A DNA stretch of 64,000 bases, taken from positions 13,688 through 77,687 of IMG/VR virus record IMGVR_UViG_3300015263_000597; one strand, given 5' to 3'. Within the stretch, counting starts at the first letter, position 1. Each line of letters begins with the position of its first letter. Position numbers and translations under genes: made by a program. This document shows positions 41,361 through 53,100 of the stretch, piece after piece. A model generated the notes under the pieces. It ran no database searches, had not been told where the DNA came from, and worked only from the letters and a program-made list of their open reading frames with translations. Source of the stretch: a virus.

Positions 41361-42587
41361 GTGGCTAACAACATCCAAACGTACTCGACTTTCAGCACAA
41401 GCGCATTTCGCTTTAACCCACAGGACTCGGTGGCTGCCGCGTCCATGATGGCTATGCATACCAGTAATGCATACCGTCTCACTGCGACAGAGGCGCTTGT
41501 TGGCACATGGCCAGCGGCACCAGCCAAGGGGTTGACTATCAATGTCACATACCCCGCCGAGCCTGAAGTCGGCGACTATGCAAATGGCTCGTTTGCTGCG
41601 TCTGACATCAACACGCCGCAGGTTCCTCTTACTATCAACCACGAGCTTGGCGTGCATTACACGCTTACTGGCCGTGAGCAGGATTTTCAGCTGGAAGACT
41701 TCCAGAAATACGTGATTGATCCTGCGATCATTGCGTTGTCAAAGCAGGTCGAGTTGCAAGTCATGGCACAGGCTGGATCAGTGTACAACGCGTCAGTGGT
41801 CGGTGCTAACGCGTACTTGACTACACGTGCGCAGATTGAGCCGCACATGACCAACCTTGACAATAATGGCGCACTTTTCCCACGTTACAGTCTGTTGTCA
41901 TACGCAGACTACAACCGTGCGGCTATGGCTGCTGACTTCAGCCACGCTAACATCACTGGTGACAGCACGGGCAGTGTGTTCCAGACTGGCAAGCTGCTAA
42001 ACGCCGGTGACTTCGAGATGTACAAGACGTTCGGCGTGAGCGGTAGCAAGGCGCCATTGTCGCCAAATCTAGTTACCACGAACAAGTTCACGGCTGGTGA
42101 TTACGACAACACTACCGTTCTTGTTAACGGCGCAGTCCTTGCTGGTGCTACCACGATGAACACTGACGGTGGCACGATTAACGGCACTCTGAAGGCGGGG
42201 GACCTGTTCACAGTCGCTGGCGTGGATGGAACGTTCTTGGTCACTGCGGACAACGTTGCTGACGGTGCCGGTGCCGCAACTGGCATCACGTTCACGCCAG
42301 CTGCGCCGACCGGCGGATTCCCTGATGACGCAGCAGTCACGTTCAGTGGCAATCACGCCAAGAGCCTGTTCTTCTCGCGTGGCTGCATTGTATCGCTGAC
42401 CCTCCCACCGATGATTCCTGAAGGTCAGTCCGGTGCACAAGTCCGCAACCCTGACGGGTTCTCGTTTACTTGGTTTGCGCACAATCGTGGCCAGAACGAC
42501 GGTAAGCACGGATACAGCTTTGTAACCTACCTGGCTACCAAGTGCATCCGCCCAGAGTGGGGTTCTCTGCATCTGTCAGACGGGTAA
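41361..42587 (+). CDS. Major capsid protein (P22 coat-like, with insertion domain)
   Basis: KG.TINV..P, F...IDPA..AL, VLVNGA...GTLKAGDLFTVAGV, RPEW C-terminus. Confidence 0.88.
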   Translation: MANNIQTYSTFSTSAFRFNPQDSVAAASMMAMHTSNAYRLTATEALVGTWPAAPAKGLTINVTYPAEPEVGDYANGSFAASDINTPQVPLTINHELGVHYTLTGREQDFQLEDFQKYVIDPAIIALSKQVELQVMAQAGSVYNASVVGANAYLTTRAQIEPHMTNLDNNGALFPRYSLLSYADYNRAAMAADFSHANITGDSTGSVFQTGKLLNAGDFEMYKTFGVSGSKAPLSPNLVTTNKFTAGDYDNTTVLVNGAVLAGATTMNTDGGTINGTLKAGDLFTVAGVDGTFLVTADNVADGAGAATGITFTPAAPTGGFPDDAAVTFSGNHAKSLFFSRGCIVSLTLPPMIPEGQSGAQVRNPDGFSFTWFAHNRGQNDGKHGYSFVTYLATKCIRPEWGSLHLSDG

Positions 42588-42596
42588 TGCGCACCT

Positions 42597-43130
42597 ATGG
42601 CCCTTGAGATCGAAGACGGCACTGGGGTAACGGGTGCCAACGCGTATCAGGATGTGGCTGCCGCAGAGGCGCTGCTGGCGATCTATGGATATACCTCACT
42701 TGCGTCTATTACAGACACCGCAGTGAAGGAATCCATCCTGGTACGCGGTACCTTGAGTATCGACGCGTCACGGCACAGCGCGGCAACATACATACTCAAG
42801 GTAAACCGTACTCAAGGGCTGTTTTACCCGCAGTACAGCTGTGTAGATCACATCACGGTGTTAGGCATACCGAGTGACATCATACTTGCATCAGCGCTAA
42901 GAGCTGAACACATTGCACTTACTGAGTTTGTGTCCGGACCATCTAAAACAGCAGCTGACATAGATCCGATGATAACTCAGATCAAAGTGGCCGAAGAGGT
43001 TGCGGTTAGTCGCAAAGCTGGCACATCAGACACCGTGCAGTCTAGAAGGCTGGATAACTTCGTACGTGCCGTGCTAGGCAGGTTAATACGTACAGAATCA
43101 GAAGGCGTTGCAGTAGCCGCATGGTGTTGA
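42597..43130 (+). CDS. Head-tail adaptor
   Basis: MAL.IEDGTG..GANAY, Q.L.YP, IP.DI..A motifs; position after the MCP. Confidence 0.8.
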   Translation: MALEIEDGTGVTGANAYQDVAAAEALLAIYGYTSLASITDTAVKESILVRGTLSIDASRHSAATYILKVNRTQGLFYPQYSCVDHITVLGIPSDIILASALRAEHIALTEFVSGPSKTAADIDPMITQIKVAEEVAVSRKAGTSDTVQSRRLDNFVRAVLGRLIRTESEGVAVAAWC

Positions 43131-43131
43131 T

Positions 43132-43731
43132 ATGTCATTGGTTGCGTATGTACAAAGTCAAGTGGCTGTAGGCAGTGCGCTACTGGCCGACTATACCCTT
43201 GTGCTCAAGTCGCCGCCTGGGCAGACGAATACGTTGCGCATGGAGGACGGAAGCGCACTGGCTGTTGTGTTGGCAGCGCCTGTGAGTGTGTCAGATGGTC
43301 AAATTACACTGGAAGGCGCGGGCAGTATTGGGCTAAGTGGTACACTACGCGCTGAGACATTGTTAACTATAGGCACTGATACAGTAGCAGTAGTAGGTGA
43401 GACATCTACGCGGTTCGGTAAACTTACTGCAAGCGTCACACCGGCTATAGGTAATGCGTACACAGCTGGTGAGTCAGTGTCGTTCTCACAGTCCGTAATA
43501 TCGGACATACCAGCTAACACGATATCTACTGACAAGGCGCCGCAGAACGTATACACGTCCAAGCTGCCAGAGTTCGGCTTCGTTATAGCAAAGTCCGTAT
43601 TGCCCATTCGCCCACGCGACGGCTGGACAGTTACGGCAACCAACACTATAAGCAATGAAGTACTGAGCGGCACTATAGGTAATGTGACTGGCGGTGCCGC
43701 CAACGTATTCATATGGGTAGGGAGCCCGTAG
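43132..43731 (+). CDS. Head closure / neck protein
   Basis: Synteny; P.DG motif near the C-terminus. Confidence 0.5.
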   Translation: MSLVAYVQSQVAVGSALLADYTLVLKSPPGQTNTLRMEDGSALAVVLAAPVSVSDGQITLEGAGSIGLSGTLRAETLLTIGTDTVAVVGETSTRFGKLTASVTPAIGNAYTAGESVSFSQSVISDIPANTISTDKAPQNVYTSKLPEFGFVIAKSVLPIRPRDGWTVTATNTISNEVLSGTIGNVTGGAANVFIWVGSP

Positions 43732-43733
43732 CA

Positions 43734-44147
43734 ATGGATCCACTAGAGCAACTGCTTCGTAATCGACACAGTGCCCTTGCCCACGCCCAAGTAGAGCAGT
43801 TTCTAACCGGCGGTGTGCAAGCTGCGGTGAGTGTTGCTCCTGGTCCGGAGAAGACGTCCACGAGTACGGGCCGCACACGCGCATCCATACACCCGGCTGT
43901 AAATGAGCCAAACGAATCAGACCCTGGTGTGCGCACAACTTACCCGATACCTGACCAAAAGGACGTTGATATAGAAGTAGCCAAATGGCGAGCGTACCAG
44001 TCGGCATATGTGTCCGTGTTCACTGAGTACTATAAGTACATACAGGACAGATACCCAGTGGGTCCTACTGCTGTGATAGGTAGCCGCGCAGCACTGCGCG
44101 CTGGTCACCAGCAAGCTACAAAGAAGGCACAGAATGTCAGAGCTTAG
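43734..44147 (+). CDS. Tail completion / neck protein (HK97 gp10-like)
   Basis: TGRTRAS motif; synteny. Confidence 0.6.
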   Translation: MDPLEQLLRNRHSALAHAQVEQFLTGGVQAAVSVAPGPEKTSTSTGRTRASIHPAVNEPNESDPGVRTTYPIPDQKDVDIEVAKWRAYQSAYVSVFTEYYKYIQDRYPVGPTAVIGSRAALRAGHQQATKKAQNVRA

Positions 44148-44601
44148 CTGGGATATCGACGACTTGCGGGTTATACAAACTGCGTTACGTAATGCAGCTG
44201 CCATAGCTACGTTCCCTGACATAGACTTTCTAGATTGGGTGCTAGATAGTGACGGGTATGTGCCACCAACCGGTCAATCACCAACAGGCTTTCCGTACGT
44301 ATGGGGCTCTGTAGGTTTCCTAGACGCACAGACGTACGCAAAGAACCAGTGTGGGGCGCCGTCCCGCAGTCCAGACACAGCGCTAGAGATCAACTCGCAA
44401 GGACCACTACAGCTTGACGCAAGACAAGCGATAATGACGGCAGTAGAGACAGGACTACATGCTTTACCTGCTGGCTACTGGCCTAACTTTCACTCGTACC
44501 ACCCGCCGACAGGCCAGCCCGTGGCTAATCAAACTCATCCTGGTTATTACGCAATTCTGGCGCGTATACGCATACACGCCAGCCCTCAAACCGGACCGTA
44601 A
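44134..44601 (+). CDS. Tail terminator-like protein
   Basis: Synteny before the tail tube; PYV motif. Confidence 0.55.
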   Translation: MSELSWDIDDLRVIQTALRNAAAIATFPDIDFLDWVLDSDGYVPPTGQSPTGFPYVWGSVGFLDAQTYAKNQCGAPSRSPDTALEINSQGPLQLDARQAIMTAVETGLHALPAGYWPNFHSYHPPTGQPVANQTHPGYYAILARIRIHASPQTGP

Positions 44602-44613
44602 GGAGAAACGAAG

Positions 44614-45471
44614 ATGTCATCTTGTACACCAGACGCAGGAACGATTGCGAATATCGGCATACGGCTAGCCGATACTATACTTGGCAAAGCCGGCACAGGG
44701 TTGCCGGATATCCGGCCACAGAGTGCCACGCTTACACTGCCGCCCATCATGGAACAGACGCGAGTCAGTGGCCTAGGTGGCGAAGTCCAGCACAAACGCG
44801 GCGTTGCTGGCGGCACCTTTGTTTTCGACACCTACATCAACTACGGCAACCCTCAGGCTGGTATCGACGCGCTTAAGGCGTTTGAAAGCTCAATACTGCC
44901 AGTTATTTTCACGCTGGAGACAGCTACGCCGCTGCCGGGTACACCGAACACCAGCCCGGTAAATGCGTTCTGGGTTGCTATGCACGGGCTGCCTGAGGGC
45001 GGCACGTTGAACCAAGGGTACAACTTCCAGGTTAGCTCCATGGTCAACGGCTGCGTCGAGAAACTGTCGGCGCTTCCTGCCGCTGCTGGCGCTGTCACGC
45101 CTACTCCTACGTCACTAGCCGTTAACCTGGACTGGCCAGCTGACACTGAGCTGCTTGTCGAAAACGTCGTGTCTAATCCCAACGATACGCCGTATCGAGT
45201 TGTCGGTTACAAAGTCGAATGGAAGCTAGCGGCAGATACCGACTACCAGGTAGCACCGGCCGACTTTGACATCAGCGGCGCTACTACTCCGCTCGTGCTT
45301 GACTGGAAGGACCTTGCTGGTACCCTTCACGTGCTGAATCCCGGCACCGGTACTATCAGCATCGACTTTGTCACGCTTGCCGACACCTACGACTTCCGCA
45401 TCACGCCTATCGATCACTGGTTGCTCGAAGGCACTCCGGCGGAAGCTCTCGGCGTTGTCGTTCCGGCCTAG
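44614..45471 (+). CDS. Major tail (tube) protein with C-terminal FN3-like domain
   Basis: Synteny; VVGYKVEWK...TYDFRITPID. Confidence 0.7.
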   Translation: MSSCTPDAGTIANIGIRLADTILGKAGTGLPDIRPQSATLTLPPIMEQTRVSGLGGEVQHKRGVAGGTFVFDTYINYGNPQAGIDALKAFESSILPVIFTLETATPLPGTPNTSPVNAFWVAMHGLPEGGTLNQGYNFQVSSMVNGCVEKLSALPAAAGAVTPTPTSLAVNLDWPADTELLVENVVSNPNDTPYRVVGYKVEWKLAADTDYQVAPADFDISGATTPLVLDWKDLAGTLHVLNPGTGTISIDFVTLADTYDFRITPIDHWLLEGTPAEALGVVVPA

Positions 45472-45564
45472 TTAGCGTCATTCTGGACTAACAGACGGGA
45501 TTTAAAGCGCAGTCTAGACGCCATAGCCCCGCGCACATCCCAGGGGCTTGGTACGTGGTGCACG

Positions 45565-46647
45565 ATGAAACGAAAGACTAAAAAGCATGCAAGTGTAGTG
45601 GCTTCCTATGAGACTCTTACTAAGCCTGATCCGCTTGGCATCGGTGTTACCATTACTGCGATACGTAAAGGGCACAAGTCGTTGCGTAAAAGCACGCCAC
45701 ATTTTGCCAAAGTTGAAGCAGATCTAAAGCGTCAAGAAGCAGAATTGATAGAGGAAGCCAAAAAGCGCGAAGGCAACGAAGAGCTTCTAGCAGCAAAGGA
45801 AGCGCAATGGAAAGCCGACCAGGAGGGTGAGCAAGTCAGCAACCCGTTACGTCGGTTCGGTAATGCGCGTAAGCAGACCAAGGTAGAGCGAGACCACAAT
45901 ACGCTGTACACCGTGGATTCCCGGTACTGCGAGGACTACGATAACTTGCAGATACAGTTCCTTGAGAAGATGCAAAAAGCTGACCAGCTGGACGCTTGCA
46001 TGCGGGTACGCTCATGGAGCGGTGAAGCTATCACAGACGAGGAACAGTGCACGGGTAAAGAGACGCTAGAGCAGAAGCGTGAGGTGCTATTTGGCGACTG
46101 GGAGGACGGTGACATGTCAGTACCGCCGTACCTTGATGCTGAGTTAATGCCGCTGGAAGAAGGTGGCGCAGAGCATGAGGCGTTGAAAGTCGCAGAAGGT
46201 GTCAGGGATACGGCACTAGATGGCGTTGAACAGGATAAACAGGTACTCACACAACGGCTAGCAATAGAACACGAGAAGTCTGCGGAGATAGGCACAGATC
46301 CTAACTCCTGTGTGGCCGTTGCGTGCCGTGTGCTCGGCGGTGATCCTACCGTCGTACCATTTGGTAAATTCCGTAAGCAGTGTCTAAGCGGTGTGCCACC
46401 AGCGGCAACTGCGTACGTCGTTGACGTCGCTAGCGAGGTTTACAGTGCGTACGAAGCTTTCAAGGAACAGACGTCCGCAGCAGAAGACGCGTTCTCTGCG
46501 TCACTTGAACAACTTGGCATCCACTCTACCGGTAAGTACGCTGGCATGCAATACAAAGTAGCATTCGCGCTCTGGCTATATGACCTCTCCATAGAGGCCG
46601 AAGAGGAGTTCCAAAAAAAAAGCGCATGGCGTACGAAGACGCCATAG
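45565..46647 (+). CDS. Tail assembly chaperone (G)
   Basis: Between tube and tape measure; ends in an A9 slippery run. Confidence 0.65.
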   Translation: MKRKTKKHASVVASYETLTKPDPLGIGVTITAIRKGHKSLRKSTPHFAKVEADLKRQEAELIEEAKKREGNEELLAAKEAQWKADQEGEQVSNPLRRFGNARKQTKVERDHNTLYTVDSRYCEDYDNLQIQFLEKMQKADQLDACMRVRSWSGEAITDEEQCTGKETLEQKREVLFGDWEDGDMSVPPYLDAELMPLEEGGAEHEALKVAEGVRDTALDGVEQDKQVLTQRLAIEHEKSAEIGTDPNSCVAVACRVLGGDPTVVPFGKFRKQCLSGVPPAATAYVVDVASEVYSAYEAFKEQTSAAEDAFSASLEQLGIHSTGKYAGMQYKVAFALWLYDLSIEAEEEFQKKSAWRTKTP

Positions 46648-47129
46648 AGCTACAATACTTTGTGACCTACGCGCATATGTCTGGTCATGGGAGCATGCTG
46701 AAGCAGTTCCAGTATGAACAGGATAACGGAATTGTTTTTTGTACCTCAGCACAGTGCAGTAGAGAGAATACGAGGGGGCACTGTGTGCACTGCGGACACG
46801 TGACGGACTTTCGTAAGCCGCGTGTAGGAAACGGACCGCAGGTGCTGCCAGCTTTTTTCACCCACGAGGGCGGAGAGCTAGCAGTGCCGTGGTCCACAGC
46901 GCTAAGCATAGTCGGCTCCTTGGACGTTACTGACGGTGGTGGCAAAGCGTACTGTTTGCGCGAACGCAAAGAAGCACGGCGGCTACTAAAGAGCAGCAAG
47001 ATGCACAAGGGTGCTAGGTCGGTTACGCGTTCAATAATTGAGGGTCTCTTGGTAGGAAATATCAAAGGTGCTAAGGATGGCACCAAGTACGCGATGGACA
47101 ACCCCCGTAAACCGATTAACGCAAAGTAG
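46626..47129 (+). CDS. Tail assembly chaperone extension (T), reached by -1 frameshift
   Basis: -1 frame relative to G and open across the A9 run at 46613-46621. Confidence 0.65.
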   Translation: MAYEDAIELQYFVTYAHMSGHGSMLKQFQYEQDNGIVFCTSAQCSRENTRGHCVHCGHVTDFRKPRVGNGPQVLPAFFTHEGGELAVPWSTALSIVGSLDVTDGGGKAYCLRERKEARRLLKSSKMHKGARSVTRSIIEGLLVGNIKGAKDGTKYAMDNPRKPINAK

Positions 47130-47135
47130 ACGCAC

Positions 47136-50100
47136 GTGGCTGATATCATCACTACATCGGCGCTAAAGTTTGAGGGGTTCACGGAAGCTGAGCGCCAGAT
47201 AAAGCAGCTTATTGCGTTAAAGAAGGATTTTGAGAAACCGTCGACTAGTAGGTTGCGGGTAAGCGGCGGGAGAGGCGGCTTAAGCCCATCTGGCACTCCA
47301 GATGTGCCAGATACTAGAAAGCTTTCTCTATTTGGTAGAGTACTGAAGGATCTGTCTGGTAACACACTACAGAGATTCTCGGCGCGTGCTGGAGTTAGTG
47401 TTAGCGCGCTGGAAGGTATATCCTCTGCTGCTGGCGTCTCGGCGGGCGCATTAACTTCTGTTGCAGCTGTTGTAGGCCCGCTAGTACTGGTGCTTAGCGG
47501 CCTAGCAGCTGCTGTTACTGCAACGGCCGCTGCTTACACATTCGCGGCATCTAAAGCCATAGAGTACCAAGTAGCTACTCAAAGTGTAGCAAAGACTACA
47601 GACCTTGTCGGCAATGCGTTCGAGTCCACGCGACAGAAGCTCATCGACATGTCTACAGATCCGCAGTTAGGTAGAACTGCGGCAGAGTTAGCAGGGATTA
47701 CAGAAGTCGCTGGCACGCTGGGTATACGGGGCGTTGACAATCTAACGATATTTACTGAGGCGATTGCCCGTCTTAATGCTACATCCGATGTAACGGGTAA
47801 AGAAGGCACCCAGCAGTTTGGTAAGTTTCTGGCTATTACTCAGCGGGCGCCCGCTGAAGCTCTGTCACTTTCATCGGCTATTACGGTCCTTGCCGCCAAG
47901 TACGCAACTACAGAATCAGCCATTCTGCGCACTTCCCAAGAAGTAGCTAAAGGCGGTATCTCTTTTAACCTTGCTGCGGAAGACGCGCTAGCACTGGCGG
48001 CGACCTATGATGAGTATGGCATCCAGTCGGAACTTGCAAGGTCGGCAACACTGCGCCTTGGCCAGACTATACAAAGTGCAGTTATTGCCGGTGGCAAAGA
48101 TCTAGAAAAGCTTGCGAGTATTGCGGGCGTGTCGGCTGGAGAGATGTCCGATACGTTTCGCAGAGACGCCGGTGACGCCCTCCTGCTGTTGTTAAAGGGT
48201 TTCGACAGACTTGGTAAGCAGGGCCAAGACGTATCTGCGGTGCTTGATGACCTTGGTTTGAGTGGCGTTCGCCTAGGCGCTGTTATACCTACACTAGCCT
48301 CACACACAGACCGCCTTGCTGATGCAATGGCACTTGCTGCTAATGAGAGCAATAACCCGTCGCGGATATTTGCCGAGTCTGCCAACATGGCAGATACTAC
48401 ACAGCGTAGATTCGAGACACTACGTAACGAAGTAGTTGCATTAGCTATTCGCGTTGGTGATGATTTACTGCCTGCGCTAGATAGCATGATTCTTACTTCG
48501 TCACAGATACTGTCTGTGATTGAGTCTATGAAGGGCGTGTTCGGTGCGCTTGGCGACACAATACTGACGGCTCTAGCTCAGAAGTTTGCGATTGTCGCCA
48601 ACGAGATACAACTAGTCGCTGACGTATTTCAGCACGGATTATTCGACGCGCTCGCTGGTGCTGGTGACCTGGACCGCACAGCCCAGCAATTCTCGTCCTT
48701 TGCTAACGAATTAGCAAAAATAGACGAAGCTGCAAAGAGCGGCAATCTAGAGAAGATGATGGAGGTCAATGCCGGTCTCCAGTCAACTATAGGTGAAGCG
48801 GCTGCCAGCGCCAAACGGTATAAGTTTCGTCTGGACGAGCTGTTAAAAGCGACAAACAACGGTGCAGATGCGACGAAGGTACAAAAGGCGCAGATAGACG
48901 GACTGCGTAGAGCTTACCAGTCTGCTAATGCAGACGCTACTAAGTACGAGCGCGCTAGCCTTGGATTACGTGAGGAGATAGCGCGGCTAACAAACGCAAA
49001 AAAAGACGAAGAGTACCAGGCTTCTATTACTGCTGCGCAGGCAGAGAAAGAACGGCAGGCCCGGGAGGAAGCGCGCAAAGAAGCTGAAAAGTACAACAAA
49101 GAGCTTGAGAAACTAGGTAAGTCTATAACGGATAGTTTGCGCACGCCAGCTGAGAAGGCCGCTGATGAGATAGCCAAACTAGACGAGCTGCTTGCTGCCG
49201 GACTCATTACCCTAGATACTTGGCAACGCGGCGTAGACAGGGCAAAAGAGCCACTAAACAAGCTTACCAAAGAAGTCGAAGCGTACAATAAGGCCATAGC
49301 AGACATAGCCCAAGTGCACCAAGTTACAGAGGTTATACAGACCTTTGGTGTGGATACTGCTACGGCTACAGAGGCCGTAAAGCTCTCCACGGACGCGAAC
49401 ATCGCGCTGGCTGACGCGCTTGATATCGTCAACCGGAAACGACTAGAGCTAGAAGCACAGGAGTTTGCGGCTTCTGGCGGGTTCCTTGGTATACCGTCGG
49501 ACCAGGAAATAGAGCGCATGTCCAAAGGCATGGATCTTTGGGACATTGGCACCACTCGTATACAGGCGTATAGAAAAGAAGTAGATAAGCTTAACGAGCA
49601 GCTAGACAACGAGGAAATAACTCAACAGCAGTACGACAATGCGATGGCATCGCTAGATGGCCAAATGGAAGGCTGGGAGAAGCTAGGCGCACGTATTGCA
49701 GAGATCGCGGAAAACACAGGGGGCGTGTGGGGCCGAGTACTCAAAGGAATATCTGAGAATCTGGATAAAGTAGGTGGTGCACTCGGCGACCTGTCTAGCA
49801 TTGCATCGCAGCGCGGCGACATGGGCAACGCCCAGTGGATAGGCGCAGCACAGCAAGCTGTACAAGGCAACTGGGGGGGAGCTATAGCGGGTGCTGTGCA
49901 AGCTACTGGACTAGGCCAACAGTCAGTTTCGCAGTTCGGCGGCCTAACTAGTGGCAACTTCATGGCAGAGGGTGCCGCACTAGGCGCGAAGTACGGCGGT
50001 GCGATGGGTGCAGTGCTTGGCGCAGCTATTGGCGCGTTCGCCAAAAAAGGCGCAGACGACTTGCATTCTCACACTGTAGAGATGCAGGGCAAAGCGGATC

Positions 50101-53100
50101 TCATAGTCACACAAGCCGAAGGCGGGTTAGCGGACATAGCTGGTGAGATAGAAACAGCTGTTGAGGGCTATTTAAACGGCTTGCAAGACGCGCTGTTCGC
50201 AGATCTTGACCTTACTGGCGTAGAGGTACACATACGCGAAGACCGTGTCAGGGTTATATCGAATGGCGTAGAGAAGGTATTCCATAGCCTGGACGAGGCG
50301 TTTGATTTCATTGTGCGCGGCGTTATGCAAGCCAATGCTGGTGTTGAGGGACTAGGTGAGGCTACCAGGGCGCTGTTTGAAAACGCTTCACAGTTTGCTA
50401 AAGGTGCCGGTGACCCGGAACGTCTGATGCAAGCGTTTGGGTTGGCACAACGTATAGACTTCGAAGATACAGGTGTTAGTCAGCAAGTACTTAAAGCCCG
50501 CCAGGACGAAATGAGTCTTGCTGTAGATTTCGGGCTACCGTTGGCTAAGCTCGTCGAGCTGCGGCAGAAAGAAGTCCGTGCGGCTAAGGACGCTCTACAG
50601 TTCTCGGCGGCCAGTATCGTCGGTATATCTGACGTTGCGTCTAGCTTACGTGGTCTTGCCGAACAGAGCAGAGTGTTTAATAACACCCAGCTAAAGGCTG
50701 CTGAAGTAGATCAAAAGCGTATAGAGGAACTAAAGGCCCTTATAGCCGCGCAGCAGGAATACTCTGGTAGTCTGTTCGATTCTGCTGAAGGAGCTGATCA
50801 GCGCCGTGGTCAGCTGGTACAGGGGCTCAAAGAAGGCCGAGATTCTTTAGAAGGTTATACACATTCGCAAGAACTTGCTAACCGCGAAATATGGCAAGGA
50901 GCGAGAGACCTTGATTCGCTAACTAAGGAGCTTGAAGCGCTAGAAAGCGCGGCTGGCGCAGACCTAGTGGACCTAGATTTCATCGCAGAGATGATCAACG
51001 CTGGTGCCGCACAAGCTGGCGTCCAGATGGGCGAAATGATTCTAGGGTTCGCCGAACAGGGCCTACTAGACCTAAGCGAGGGCGAAAAACTAGAGCTACG
51101 CAAGCAGCTATTCGAGCTTGAGAAAATAATCGCTATAGCACAGATGCACGCTGCTCGTATGCAGTTAGAGTCGTTAATAGCACTCGGGCAAGTAGGCGCA
51201 GATGTTATTGAATTCTTTAACGGCTTTGTGAACAGTATACCTGATCTTATCGGGATGATCACGGGCGCGCAGTTTGACCCTGGCAAGATGGCCAGCGGTG
51301 GCAACCGTAACAGGCAAGCCAAAGAAGAACGCCGTCAGGAAGAAGAGAAGCGGGTACAGACTTTAAAGGACTTCGCGGCGGTACTTGATACCCTGCGGCT
51401 AAATGCGTCCACTGCAACTGGTACCCTTGGCGACCTCGCCAACCGGATAGCGGATATTACAAGCAGCGCACAGGAAGCACTTGAAGCAGGCGCGTCCGTG
51501 AGCGACGTTAGAGAGTCGCAAAGGCTACAACTACGCGATGTACGACGTCAGATTACTGACCCATTTACATCGTTTGGTCGCGACAGTTTCCGTGATCAGG
51601 CAGTAGATATCGAGCAGCGACGCAGGGCTGCTATAGAGGAAGCCAGGTTGGTTGCTCAAGCCATGGCCGATTCACTGGGCGTTCCCTTTGAAGTCGTTTT
51701 CGACGCCATGCAGCAGGATATTAACGATGGCGCCGCGCGGATGAAACGAGCGCTTGGGCTGGCCGTTATAGATGCGTTTGACCTACCCATAGAGCAACAG
51801 AGACGCGCTAACCAGGAGCTACATAAGCAGCTCAAAGACCTTGAGCAAGCGCGTAACGATGGCACTATTACGCAGCGGCGATACTTACAGCTCATAGACC
51901 AGATCAGCGCGGCACAAGAGGCTGCCATAAGCAGTGATGTGCTAGGTCTGATGGATACTTACTATGGAGAAATAGAAGGCAAAGAAGAATTACGCCGGCA
52001 GATGGAGATAGCTAACTTTGACCTTCAGTTAGCGCTAGCCAGAATGCGCTATGATCAGCTAGTAACCGAAGGGTTACTTAGTCAAGCTGCTATGGATCGC
52101 GTTGGCGGTTTTCTGGACTTTATGGAGAACAATCCGCCTGACTGGGAGAAGTTCTTTGCTCCTCCTGAAACGACTCTTGGTGGTAGCAGCGGCTCTATGC
52201 GCGGTATGTCAAGCGCTATCTCTTCAGTGAGCAACGGGCTGGACTCACTGCTGACGTCCATAAACAACTTCATCGACGGATTCGAGACCGCTGACATGGG
52301 CAGATTCGAACTAATGGCCCATGATTACATCTCGTCGGTAGAGGGATTCCATGAGTCACTAGAGAATGAACTAGATAATATGCTGGATACCGGCTACCGA
52401 CTAGGAGGACATGCACAGAAAGCCGCTACTGATTACCTACGACAAGTGACCGGGGATTACTCGCTGGTTATAGGTGATCTGAACCAGTTGACTAGAGATC
52501 AGCTTGAGTTACTAGCTGGTGCGGATTTGTCGAACATAGCTGGTTTCCAAGAAGGCGTGGAAGAAGTCTTTGATGTGCTACTAGCCATCCAGAACGCAGA
52601 GGCACTTAAACCGGAAGCTATCAAGAACGTACTTAAGGAGTATAAGAAAGTTCCAGAAGCTACCAGTCAGTTGCAGAGTGAGTTTGATACCATCATGACA
52701 GATTTCGAAGACGTCATGACGGCGCTACAGATGCTTGGTGCAACAGAGGCTGACATTTCGCAAGCACGCATGGAACACGCTAGCCAGTTGCTAGAGTTTG
52801 AAAAAACCGCCCTTGAGGATATACGGTCGGTTGGCAAAGATATTGCAGGCGGGCAGGTGTTCGGTAATGCAACCGCGCGACAGAGGGTTCAGCTTGCTGA
52901 ACAGAATCTTGCGGAACTGCGCGCGCGCGCTGTCACTGGAGATCTCCAGGCAGTAGAGCACCTGGGTGCAGCTATGCGAGAAGTGATAGAATCACGCAAG
53001 GAGCTTACTGGCGGTGCTGGGCCAGAGTTCACATTGGCCCTAGAGCGCATTAGATTGCTGTCCGAAAACTTTAAGTTGAACATAGCTGATGTACAAACAG

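Noticed and set aside
47579-53083. Many minus-strand ORFs inside structural genes
   Set aside because: Antisense shadows of long coding frames with no RBS or protein-like features
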